From Klebsormidium nitens (taxonomy: Eukaryota > Plantae > Klebsormidiophyceae): a stretch of DNA of 64,000 nucleotides. Positions 33,701 to 45,300 of the stretch are shown one piece after another (positions within the stretch are counted from its first letter, which is position 1; each line of letters begins with the position of its first letter). The position numbers and the translations under genes are program-made. The stretch is taken from assembly GCA_000708835.1 (NCBI GenBank), contig DF237135.1, forward strand, positions 62,001 to 126,000, in the 5' to 3' direction. Below the pieces are notes generated by a model. It was not told the origin of the DNA. It did no database searches and saw only the letters and a program-made list of their open reading frames with translations.

Positions 33701-36700
33701 CCACATGGATATTTAGACCCGCTGTCACAGACTGACTGACGTCAGGAATCGCTGTCTTCTTCCCTCTAGATATTGAGCAAGGGTTTGGCTGAATCACAGA
33801 CGTTTCCGGCCTCTATATCGATTTCCGACTTACGCTCAAGCTGCTGCTGTCACAGGACGTCTCGCGACCGGCCATCCCAATGATGCTGGCGGTGGGCGCT
33901 GTGCACCACCACCTGATCTCCAACGGGCTGCGCATGCAAGCCTCCATCGTGGCTGACACCGCCCAGTGCTTCAGCACCCACCACTTTGCGTGCCTCATCG
34001 GTTATGGTGCCAGGTGAGGCCCTTTTTGGCCAAACCTTGCTTTCACTTCTGTCCTAAGACCAAGGGCCGTCGTCTGGTGATTGCTCATGTCGTCTAGGAG
34101 CGTGCTTTTTTTTCAACAGTCTTGCTGGCATCCGTCCTTGTTGCACCAAGGGGCTTGAGGCAGTGCAATGTCAAGTTGTGCGTTCTCCGGGAAGCTAATG
34201 CATCCCAACTGTGCGTAGTCTGCTCTCACTGAAATTCGGCCACTTTCAGATCTGACTCCTTAACTTCGGTTATTGTCTGCCACTGATTCATCCCAAGACT
34301 TGCGAGCTCAATCCTGCTCTGACACAGCATGCTTTATTGTTTTCCATCTTTAACCATATCCTATGATCACTGGTGTATACCTTGGCTAACCGCTTATCAC
34401 CATTTCTCCTTGCAGCGCGGTGTGCCCGTACCTGGCCCTCGAGACTTGCCGGCAGTGGCGCGCGAACTCCAAGACGGAAGGGTTGATGAAGCGGGGCAAG
34501 ATTCCAATGACGACCAACGAGCAGGCGCAGGGCAACTACAAGAAGGCCATCAACGGCGGGCTCAAGAAGATTCTTTCCAAGATGGGCATCTCGCTTCTCT
34601 CTAGTTACAACGGCGCACAGATCTTCGAAGTCTACGGCCTCGGCAAGGACGTGATTGACTACGCGTTCCGCGGGTCTGTCAGCCGCATCGGGGGGCTGAC
34701 GCTGGACGAATTGGCCAAGGAGGCGGTGGCGTTCTGGGTGAAGGGCTTCTCGGCAGAGGCGATCAAGAAGCTGGACAACTTCGGGTTTATCCAATTCCGG
34801 CCGGGTGGCGAGTACCACGGAAACAACCCCGAGATGAGCAAGCTGCTGCACAAGGCGGTCCGCGAGAAGAACTCCGACGCGTACGCCGTCTATCAGGAGC
34901 ACCTCAGCAAGCGGCCCGTCAACGTGAGCCCTTTTTATAGCTCTTTGGCCTTGTACTACTGTTTCTGTTGGCTCTTTTTGCTCTTCTGTGTGTTTCTTTG
35001 CGAGGCTGCTGGTTGCATGGATGAGACTGTAGCAGCGACGACGTGGAATCGATTGGTCTGACGCAGAATGAGCTGTAAGACTTGGGGCAGCATGACGTTG
35101 ATTCTAAAACAATCGGCGATGAGAACCCGTCCGTTGAAAGATGCCCTTGCTAGGTCACTCTTATCCACCTCAGTGTCCTTGTAAGTTCCTCGCTATCGGT
35201 TGAGTTGGACTGATCTCTGGATTGCTAAAAGGGAATAAGACTTTTGACCCTTGTATGTCGCAATTGGTCACAATGAAGAAGCTTGCTGAGAAGGATGACG
35301 AAACGCACTGGGCACCGACTTCCTCTCAGGAGGAAAGTTGACGAAATGCCATGGGCCTAGAAAACCCGGATCCGACTTCTCCGCTCCGCAGTTCTCGCAC
35401 CTCAAACTTCGTCTGTTTCGGAAGCTCATATCCGCGCTTGCACAGCAGCATTCGCTGGCTATCGGACCCCAGCCGTTTGCCTTGACTGATTCTGGTCGCT
35501 GTCCGTTCGCTTTTGAAGTTTTGCACTGCTTACCTCTCTGCTTCGCTTTCCCATTCCCACTTAGCAACCATGTGATCCCCCAGGTGTTGCGCGACATGCT
35601 GGAGATCAAGAGCGACCGGGAGCCGATTCCTCTAGAGAAGGTGGAGTCTGCGACCTCGATTGTGGAGCGCTTCTGCACGGGCGGGATGTCCCTGGGCGCC
35701 ATTTCTCGGGAGACGCACGAAGCGATTGCGATTGCCATGAACCGTATCGGGGGCAAGTCCAACTCCGGGGAGGGTGGGGAGGACCCGGTTCGGTGGGAGA
35801 AGCTGAGCAACGTGGACGCTGAGGGGCAGTCTGCGACGTTGCCACACCTGCGGGGGCTACAGAACGGGGACACAGCGGGCAGCGCCATCAAGCAGGTGAG
35901 CGGGGAAGGCTTTTTGCTGCGTGAGATTGCTTCGATTGGGTTTTATCAGATTGGGCTTGCGTCCTGGCAGTGTCTTTAGTGCCAGTTGGAAGGGCGCTGT
36001 GTCAGGATTGGTTTTCCTTTGCCTCGAATTGTCACCCGAAGCTGAAGAGGCAACAAGGCACCCTTAAGCACTTGTTGTTGGCGTGCTTCGAGCGTTTCTT
36101 TCCCGTTTTTGCAGGTCGCTTCCGGCCGGTTCGGTGTGACCCCGAATTTCTTAGCGAATGCGGACCAGGTCGAAATCAAAATCGCCCAGGGGGCGAAGCC
36201 CGGGGAGGGCGGTCAGCTGCCCGGCAAGAAAGTCAGCCCGTACATTGCGTGGCTCAGGAACTCCAAGGCTGGGGTCACCCTAATTAGCCCGCCCCCGCAT
36301 CATGACATTTACTCCATTGAGGATCTTGCACAGCTCATCTACGATCTTCACCAGGTGAGAACGGCTGCCCCGTTTTGGGGTTGTCTTCGGTTTGCTTTGG
36401 ATGGATCAGGCAGGTTGAAGAGAGTGATTCTTGTCACAAGCTCTTTGCTCAAAAGGATGCGGTCGTTGATCCTGTCATAGAGCAAAAACACCGACTTCCA
36501 TCTTGACGTGATTTCTCCGTAGGCCTCTTCTTTGGAAGAGAGCGGAGCTCTTTCGGCATAACATCCATTTCCGGCATTATGGACCGAAGCCCTTATTGCT
36601 AAGCACTGGCATCCGTAAGATCAAGCACTCGTCGGCCATTTGACACTAGCCCGCAGATCTGCTGGTCAGGATTTCTGGAAGAAGGCATTCCAGCGACTCA

Positions 36701-39587
36701 ATCCGCAGTGGATGGGGTGCCGCAAGCCCGCCTGCCAAGCACCCTTTGACCTCTATCTCACGCCCATTTGCATTCTTCAGGTGAATCCCCGCGCCAAGGT
36801 GTCAGTGAAGCTCGTCGCAGAGGCCGGCATCGGCACAGTCGCGAGCGGCGTGGCCAAGGCCAATGCTGACATCATCCAGATTTCGGGGCACGACGGCGGC
36901 ACCGGCGCATCCCCCATCAGCTCTATTAAGCACGCAGGCGGGCCCTGGGAGATGGGCCTGACCGAGACGCACCAGCAGCTACTGGCCAACGGGCTGCGCG
37001 AGCGCGTGGTTCTGCGCGTGGACGGGGGCTTCAAGAGCGGGGCTGACGTCATGATGGGCGCGCTCATGGGGGCTGACGAGTATGGGTAAGTGGACGAGCT
37101 TCGGGTTTTACGCTCCTTTACTGTGTGCCATCCGTTGGCTGAGGCTTCTGTAGGCGGAGCAAGGGTTCGTACTCCAAATTCCGATTTGCGAGCGTGATGG
37201 CTGGTGGAGTTTTACTTCTGCGGAGGAGGTTGCTTCATTACTGGCGAGGTTGCTTCATTACTGGGGGTTTTGGTTCTACTTATCAGGACCCGTTAAATGT
37301 TTTCTCGCTTCTGCTCCGCACTCAAGAGTGCTTCTCTCTGTGGAGAAAGGGCATGGATCACACTTCTATGCTTTGCCAGAGCGCTCACCCCCGGTTTTGC
37401 CTTACTCCCCCAGGTTTGGGAGCGTTGCCATGATTGCCACGGGCTGCATCATGGCCCGTATCTGCCACACCAACAACTGCCCCGTTGGAGTGGCCAGCCA
37501 GCGGGAGGAGCTGCGCGCGCGCTTCCCAGGAGTGCCTGGGGACCTGGTCAACTTCTTCTTGTACGTGGCGGAGGAGGTGAGTTTTGCTCAGAAGGTCTTT
37601 CTGGTCGTTACCGGATGTTCAAGAGGTTACCATGCAACGATGGGTTCTTTGTTGAGCTTTGAAGCGACTGGGTTGATGTTGAGCCTCTCAAGACGAAGAG
37701 GCGCCTTGGGCTTTTTAGGTCGGTAGGCCCGCGTAGAACGTTGTGGTGAGGGGGAGAGCCTGCCCACCTGGTTTGTCACCGCATATGTCTGCATACGTGG
37801 CCTGGCGAATCGGGGTGGAAGTTTATCTGCGTCTGCATCTTTGCGTGTTTTCCCCATTGCTCTCCGAACTTGGAAGAAACCACTGAACAACTTGTCCTCG
37901 ATATGACAATTCCGAGGATCTTAACCACGTTCTGTAAAGCACGATTTCCAATAACGCATGGTTCCCGCCCGTCCAGGTGCGCAGCACCATGGCTAGCTTG
38001 GGCTACGAGAAGATGGACGACATCATCGGTCGCACGGACCTGCTGCAGCCGCGCGCGGACGCCGTCTTGGAGAAGACGGACAGCATCGACATGAGCTTCC
38101 TGATGCCCCCCCTCACAGAGTCCGGCAGCAGCACCGAGCGGCGGCGGCAGCCCGTGCACACCAATGGGCCCGTCCTCGACGACGAGCTCCTGGCCGACCC
38201 GGAGATCCGGGCCGCTATTGACGAGGTGATTGTGCGCTGCCAGTGTATGCTCAACGGGTCCTGGGAGATTCATTGGTTGGGTCGACTTTGTCTTCGGAGC
38301 TGCAAGTCAGTTTGTTGTTCTGCAATTTAGATTCTGGCAGTCCGAGGTGCTCGCAAGGTGCTCGCAAAGTGTTCGATTCTTGTTCAGTTCCCCCGTTGTT
38401 CGTGTCGTTGCGTCCACTTGAAAAGGGTTTGCCAGGTACCTTGAGTACTTGCTGCTGCGCCGTTGAAGCGCTGAGGACTGTTCTGATTGCAGCCGTCGCT
38501 CACTTTGCAGGAGAAGGTCGCGTCCAAGACCGTCAAGGTCGTCAATGTCGACCGCTCCACGGGAGGGCGGGTTGCGGGCGCGATCGCCAAAAAGTACGGC
38601 GACTCTGGGTTTGCGGGCGAACTCAACTTGACCTTTGAAGGCAGCGCCGGGCAGTCGTTCGGCTGCTTCCTAGTGTCTGGCTTAAACATTAAACTCATCG
38701 GGGAGGCCAACGACTACGTTGGCAAGGGCATGGCCGGGGGCGAGATTGCGATCGTTCTGCACCCGCGGTCGACCTTTGCGGCCAAGGATGCGATCATTGT
38801 CGGGAACACGTGTTTGTATGGCGCGACCGGGGGGCAGTTGTTTGTGAACGGGATGGCCGGGGAGCGGTTTGCGGTGCGGAACAGCATGGCAGAAACGGTG
38901 GTCGAGGGCACGGGGGACCACTGCTGCGAGTACATGACCGGCGGGTGTGTGGTCAGCTTGGGCAAGGTGGGCCGCAACGTAGCGGCGGGCATGACGGGCG
39001 GACTCGGCTACTTCCTGGACGAGGACGGCACGTTCGAGTCCAAGGTGAGTGCGGCTTTGTCTCTCGTGACTGTCGTTTTGTTGCGAAGGACTGCGCGGTG
39101 CTTGGCTTGATAGGGCAATGATACTACGACGTTGGTTTGGAGCTGAGCCACGTTATTTGACAGTGGAGTCAGGGCGGAGGCTTCTCGGGTTACTTTGTCT
39201 GTGTCACATATTTCGTCGTGGCTTGTTCCATGTAGATGTGTCAGTTCGGCGCACGATTAGCGTCCTGGTCGTATTGAAAACGTATTCCTATAATGTACAT
39301 GACACAATCTGTCGGGTTGTGACTTTTGAATCAACGCCTTGCAGGTAAACAAGGAGATCGTTGCTATGCAAAGAGTTGGCACTGCGGCTGGGGAAACACA
39401 ACTGCGGAGGCTGATCGAGGCGCATGTAGACAAAACGAACAGTGCAAAAGGCAAGCAGATTCTTGATAGCTGGGATGCTTACTTACCGAAGTTCTGGCAA
39501 TTAGTTCCGCCCAGTGAAGCTAACTCGCCCGAGGCTAATGCAGCACTCAAAGCAGCGGGAGGGCCATTGGTTGCCCAGTCGGCATAG
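27783..39587 (+). CDS. GLU1: Ferredoxin-dependent glutamate synthase (Fd-GOGAT), plastid, 19 exons
   Basis: Exons 27783-28109, 29179-29491, 29845-30038, 30386-30640, 31024-31254, 31595-31762, 31976-32068, 32339-32641, 32923-33036, 33349-33564, 33856-34013, 34416-34923, 35584-35895, 36115-36354, 36781-37085, 37414-37576, 37977-38225, 38511-39044, 39345-39587. Motifs [65 protein letters not shown] and the GXGXG domain. It ends without a beta-subunit module, hence the Fd type rather than the NADH type. Confidence 0.97.
28336..28375 (+). repeat. Perfect 20-bp tandem duplication in GLU1 intron 1
   Basis: aaatcgtctatcggttggca x2. Confidence 0.9.
37226..37264 (+). repeat. 20-bp-period tandem duplication in a GLU1 intron
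   Basis: gaggttgcttcattactgg at 37226 and 37246. Confidence 0.9.
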
Positions 39588-40342
39588 GAACAACTACCAT
39601 TCTTATTTGATTACAGACTTTGTAATCTTTGTTTATCGTCCACTTAAAACAGTAGTAAAAACTGGGAGTGGACCTATGCCTTGGGCATTTTACGAAAATG
39701 GAACTTATGTCTTGTACAAAAAGGAAGTTTGCTTTATTCAACATGTTCAATTGAAATTTTGAGATTCCTGACGAATCATGTGACGTACAATGAAAGCTGT
39801 TGGTTGCACGTGCGATAATTGTTGAACCTACATGGAAGGAGTTATAGTGGATCCTCCAAGATGAGCCAGCTTTGCGGCATGAATGCAAAGCCAAGCCGAA
39901 AGCCGGAAGATTTATGTCATTTCAATAGGAAGCGCGCATTTGTACGACTACACGTGCGAAAAGTCTTTCAGGTAAACATATCAATCATGGCATGGCAATG
40001 GGCATACCGGCGTTCATTATCAGGGGCCGACTAATGGCCTCTAGGTCTTGCTACACCCGCAAATTGAACCCACGACCCTTCGGCCAACCGTCGGCGTGAA
40101 TTGTTACTGCCGGCCAAAGCAGCCGCTCTAAGCAGAGCTCTATATTCCGAACTTCGAAGGATCCCTATTGCCGGTACCGTAGTTGCAAACGGTAGGTACC
40201 GACTCGGAGTACCCTTGCATGGGCCTGTTGGTCATGTACTGCGGGTACCGTACCAAGGTACCGTAGGTCCCTACGAAATCCCTGTGGGGGTCGCCGCTGA
40301 TCTCGTGGGATCCCTGAACTCGGTTGTCAGTTCGAGGGGCCG

Positions 40343-41964
40343 GCTCCCGGGAGGCGATGGGGTTAGTCTGTTGGTTAGGGTAGGTTCGGATGCGAGCACG
40401 TGGTTCTTGCAAGGGTTGGCGTTTTCAGTTTAATTTACCCGGGCAACTCAAAAGGTCACATGCATGAGATGTACCAGTATCTACCCTGGTTGTTTTCAAG
40501 TTTCGCGGCGCTAGTCCCTGACGTTAGCTAGCGTACCCTAGTCCGTTTATGTCACTACCGTCAGATGGAAGAAATCTTGAAAAGTAATAAGGTTTGATAG
40601 TATTAGGATGAACCGACGAGGACGAGTGGAGTTAGTATGGTAGTTAGGGTGGGTTCGGGTGCGGAGCGAGTAAATATAAGTATTCGAATGGTTAGAGTTG
40701 GTTAAACCAGAAGATTCCTCTTCGTTATCGCTTTTAGATCCTTGTTACCCATAAAGCTTACGGTTTTCCTGATTCAACATACCGTACGGTAGGTACGGCG
40801 AAAACGCGGTAGGTAGGTACCGGTATTGAACTCGAGCGCAGTGTGCACTTGGGAAGTCAGCACTAGGTACCTACCCATCTAGGACCTAGGTAACGTACCT
40901 CAGTAACGCATGTTGACAACACGCGGTGCAGAAATCTAGTGTCATCATGCGTATTAAAGCCCTCGATCAGCGGCAGGCTGCAGCAGGCTCCTCGGTCCTT
41001 GCGCCATTCTTTTGAGCAAAAAACGGTACCGCAGTACCTACAGGCTACTAATATCCCCCTTCCTTAACCTGCCTTAACCTTGCATGTGAATTCCATAGAC
41101 GCCTAACCATACCGGTTAAAACCCGGTGTAGGTAGGTAGTATGTGTAGGACGATAGGGTACCTAGGTGGGTACGGTAACTAAAAGCCGGGCAGTTCACAT
41201 CAACCGTCAGTGGTCAGTGGTCACCCGCATCTCAGACTCTAGCTACCTACCTAGGCCATTTTAAGCCTAGCCAGTCAAACCGTAGAGGTCGAGGAAGTGC
41301 GAACGTGGCAACACTGGGGCCGGCTGCTGGCAACGAAATCGGCAAACGACATCATCGGTACAGGTGTGGTTATAGGTACCTAGTTTAACAGTATGACCAG
41401 TCAAGGGATTGAATCGGACAGCTCTCAAACTGCATCGAGGCCGTCCATACCCATCGGACGGAGGGTGGGCTTGTCCGAAGCGTTTTAGAAATTGGATTGA
41501 CATCATTGCTGGCGTTTTAATCCCGAACCGGTTAAGACCGGGCCCAGGTTGGCCCGGTCCTAGGTACCTACCTATGTAACAAAATTCTTCAATTGAGTTT
41601 ATGAAATTTGGAAATTTGGGAGAGCCAATTTTTCCGATTTCGTAAGTGTGGTACGGTACCGTACCTCCCAAGCAACGCCCCGGCTGCTTCAACAGTGGCG
41701 GCCAATGCCCCCGGGCGGCGAAAGTTTGACACAACACCGCAACGTACAGCGGCGCGACGGGCGGTAATAGTACACGCCGTACAGATAGGTACATACCTAG
41801 GATACCTACCTATTTGTCAACTATCGGGTACAACTTAACAGGCGTGTGACCTAACATTCAAGCTACCCGGGCAGTCAAACTAAACACTTTAACCGAGATA
41901 ATCACCCGCTCCGCACCCCAACCCACCCTAACCATCTTACCTACCCTACCCGTCTCCCGGGAAC
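40343..41964. mobile_element. Decayed non-autonomous element with ~125-bp degenerate inverted repeats
   Basis: 40343-40466 aligns with the reverse complement of 41839-41964 (anchors cccgggag.cg, ggttagggt.ggtt.gg.tgcg, cccggg.a.ct, aggtcaca.gc.tg). An internal copy at 40644-40668 matches the reverse complement of 41907-41931 at 24/25. No TSD or transposase ORF was recognised. Confidence 0.55.
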
Positions 41965-42329
41965 CTATCTCAAGTCAAACGCCTGCTAAGTCCCGCAGAG
42001 TTGCCAGAATCTACATCAGTGTCAGGAATTCCGAATTTCCGCAAGCTACCGTACACCTTCAATTATTCGTCGGCAACTTCCTGCCATGGTGCTGAACAGT
42101 TGTGTGGTCTGATCGAAGGGGGCCCCTTCGATCCTGAGTCGTAGGCCAAAACTTCAAGTTGAACGTGCTGATTTAGGTAGCGCTGGGTAGACGTCGACAA
42201 GTACCTTCTTCCCGCTCACCCTGAAGGACCTTGCTAAGGTGGTCGAGGAGACCTATGTGTACTTGCTTCAATGCAGGTTTAACGAAGGAGGTCGATTTGT
42301 AGGCCTCTTCAATCAGCCAGAGAGAAAAG

Positions 42330-45300
42330 ATGGGCGGACACGGTTGCATTGAGGATGACACAAGTCCGTTCTTGTCTTTGCCGGAAGCTTTGCAGCTGCT
42401 GATTGTGGAAAAGGTTGACCCGTACTCGTTGGGAAGGCTTTCGTGCTCATGTCAGCAGCTGCGAGCGCTGACTTCACTGGAAAAGCATCTCGCGGTAGCA
42501 CAGCTCTGGGAAAGGTATGCATGACCTATGCATAAGCATTTTCTCCCAGCTTCCTATATTATTGGCCTCGGAAGCGGGAGCGTTATGCCTTTGACGAGCA
42601 TTAAAACTTGAAGCAAAGGAGTGGCCCTCATTTCCTCTTACATTTGAGCTGGTTGAGCTGGTTGGACAAGTTGTCGCATGCAAGGAACACAAGATTCATT
42701 GATGTACCTGATAACCATTGGCTTGCTGCTCTGATCATTCCCCTGCATTGACGAGTCGTTTGGCATTTTTGCAGGCACTGTAGGAGCTTGCTGGATCCAT
42801 CTATCATTGCAACGCATCTAGCATGGGGCCGGATCATAAGCAAGCCTGCTGGTTACGATGCTTCAAGGGTCACGTCCTTTTGGAGGTGTCTCTGGAAAGA
42901 CATGCTTGAACTGAAGACTGTTAGGTGGTGGCCAGGTGGTGGTATGGCTCTATTGGGGAGTCTGCACAAGCAAGAGGTCAAGGATGCTGCTCAAGAGCCG
43001 GGCTTGGAACCTGTCATGCTCAGCTTGTCAGACTCTCTGGCCCGAACGGGGCACACCGCAACTTCAGTGGGGACCTGGCAAGTGATAGTGGGTGGCTTGT
43101 CGCGAGAAGGGGGTCCTCTTATGGATGTCATCATTTTGGACCTGGTCAACTTCACCATAACCCGGCCGGTTGTTCGGAAGGGAGTTGCTGATCTTCCACT
43201 AGGCCGTTTTAGGCATTCAGCCGTGCCTCTCCCACCAGTCCAGGACAACCCCCGGCTCCTCTTGTTTGGGGGCTACGACATGGAGGTAATTGTCAAAAGT
43301 TTCTCTGTTTTTTCAGGATCTAGACGTTTGCTGAGGCATTTGTGGCTGGCAGTCACCCTTTGACAGTGACTGCTTCTTGTAGGCCTAGCCTCTGTACACT
43401 ACTCTGTTGTGATGAATCTGTTTTGCAATTTCTGGTTAACGTGTTTACCAGTAGAACTGTCTGACAAATTTCTGCCCATGCTATTCAGGGGCGAGAATTT
43501 GGGATGGATGAGTGCCACACAGCCACGATTTCTCGAGATGGTTCGGAGGTCTTGTGGAACGTGGTGAAAACCTCGGGACAGGTTCCCTCCCCCAGGTTTC
43601 ATCACACAGCAAACGTTTATGACAGGGGGCGGAAGTTGATAGTTTTCGGTGGCGAGGGTTCAGCCGTTGATGATCGATTGCACTGGACAGGGAACGAAGC
43701 AGTCAGTTTGGAAGGGGTGGAGGACGACCAGATAACAGTAGCAGCGTACGTTCTAGATTTGCAAACAATGGTGTGGGAAAAGAAGACAACGCGAGGGGAG
43801 ATTCCTGGTGTCCGGTCACTTCACTTGACGACAGTGCATGAGGACTTGATAACAGGGAGAGAAAGACTTATTCTGGTGGGAGGATTCAAGAATGCTGAGC
43901 AGAGGCTGGCAGATATGACGGTGAGTAGCATGAGAAGAGAGCAGTGCGTTCATTTGGCAACTCCTTTGTCTGGCTGCCAGTGTGTCCGGCAGGTGTATGC
44001 AATTTTGTCAAGTTACGGATCTTGTTCTGAGATACTCTTAGGATTTTGTGAGCATCTGCAAGTTGCGGGCCGTAGCGTTTGGATACCTGGGTAATTGGTG
44101 ACAGTATTAAGTAGCTCCTGCTTTTGTCTTCCGGACCCCTTTGAGTTAAGGAATGTTTTGCTGAGGTCGAGTGTGTGCTCTGTGCAGCCCTATGCTCTGG
44201 ACCTGAGGACTTTTGAATGGGAGCATCCCAAGCTGAGTCCAGAAGATCTGCCACCTCCTCGCCATCGGAGTGCAATTTCCAAGGTAACTCTACACATTCT
44301 GTTGTTACTAAGCCAGATTCAGTTCAGCAGTTGGGATGCAAATATTTTCTTTGCAATTGGACTCAGTTGAGAGCATTCTTAGTGTTCGCAGCTTGTGATG
44401 AGTGTGCCGTGCCCAGCTGGAGCCTAATCAGAGGTATGGCAGCAAGCAGGGGTCAGAGGTTTGGCAGCAAGCAGGGGTCAGAGGTTTGGCAGCAAGCAGG
44501 GGTTGAGGGACCTGACAAGTGTGCCCCAATCTGCCCGAGCATCCGGCAAGAGTTTTGCAACAGGCAGGGGTGAGAAACTTTGAGCCATTTTCTGCTGCAA
44601 GCCTGTAGCCTGTGCGCAGCTCTTACCTCTATTTGTGCACAATCCAGGTAGGGAATGACAAGGTGATGATAGTGGGGGGCGGCACTATCATCGATGGCAC
44701 GCCCCGGTTGCTGGACGACTGTCAGGCTCTGGACCTCCTGTCGCTTAGTTGGTGAGGTTTGCTCGATCTTACACCCGTTGGATGGTAGTGGCTTCTTAGG
44801 GCTGAAGGAAGTTGAGGCCTGTACCAAACCTGCTTGCTGGATTGCTCTGGCTTGCCTTCAGCAGAGACTCTTTTCAGGGCATTCTGATGCCTTCTTGATT
44901 GTTCTGCATTCCTTTAGTTGTCTGGCTCCCTCAATGTTAGGATACTGCCTGTAGTCTGTTGCCTCATTTGGAGCGCGTGGCTTGTGTCCAGTGGTCGGTA
45001 CCTAATTTAGTTTTTGCCATGCACCTCTAGGAACTGTTCGATTGCTGGGCCTATTGCTAGAGAGGGTGTGCCGGAAGAAAAGCTCAAGTAAGGGCCCTTG
45101 CTTTGCTTGCAATCCGTCTGGTAGGGTCGAAAAGTGTTCAGCACCAAAGCCTCCCTGTTGGCTGCCCTCATCTAGCTTGTATACAGGACGTATGCAGAGA
45201 GGTTTGTACCGATTTCCCTTTAGCTTACGTTTTCTCCAATCCAGAAGGTGGGGTTTGCCACAGAAGCCCCTCGTCACCACCTTCCAGCATCTAAGGGAGA

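Noticed and set aside
40058-40140. tRNA-like fragment on the minus strand (GCTC..GAGC D-arm, 5-bp arm, GGTCGTGGGTTCAAT)
   Set aside because: The T-stem is unpaired, the anticodon loop has 8 nt, the extra arm is about 30 nt, and there is no acceptor stem. It is at most a decayed tRNA-derived relic.
41267-41794. 175-aa ORF inside the repeat island as a transposase remnant
   Set aside because: No DDE, Rep/helicase, RT or zinc-finger motif was recognisable. The other island ORFs are likewise featureless.
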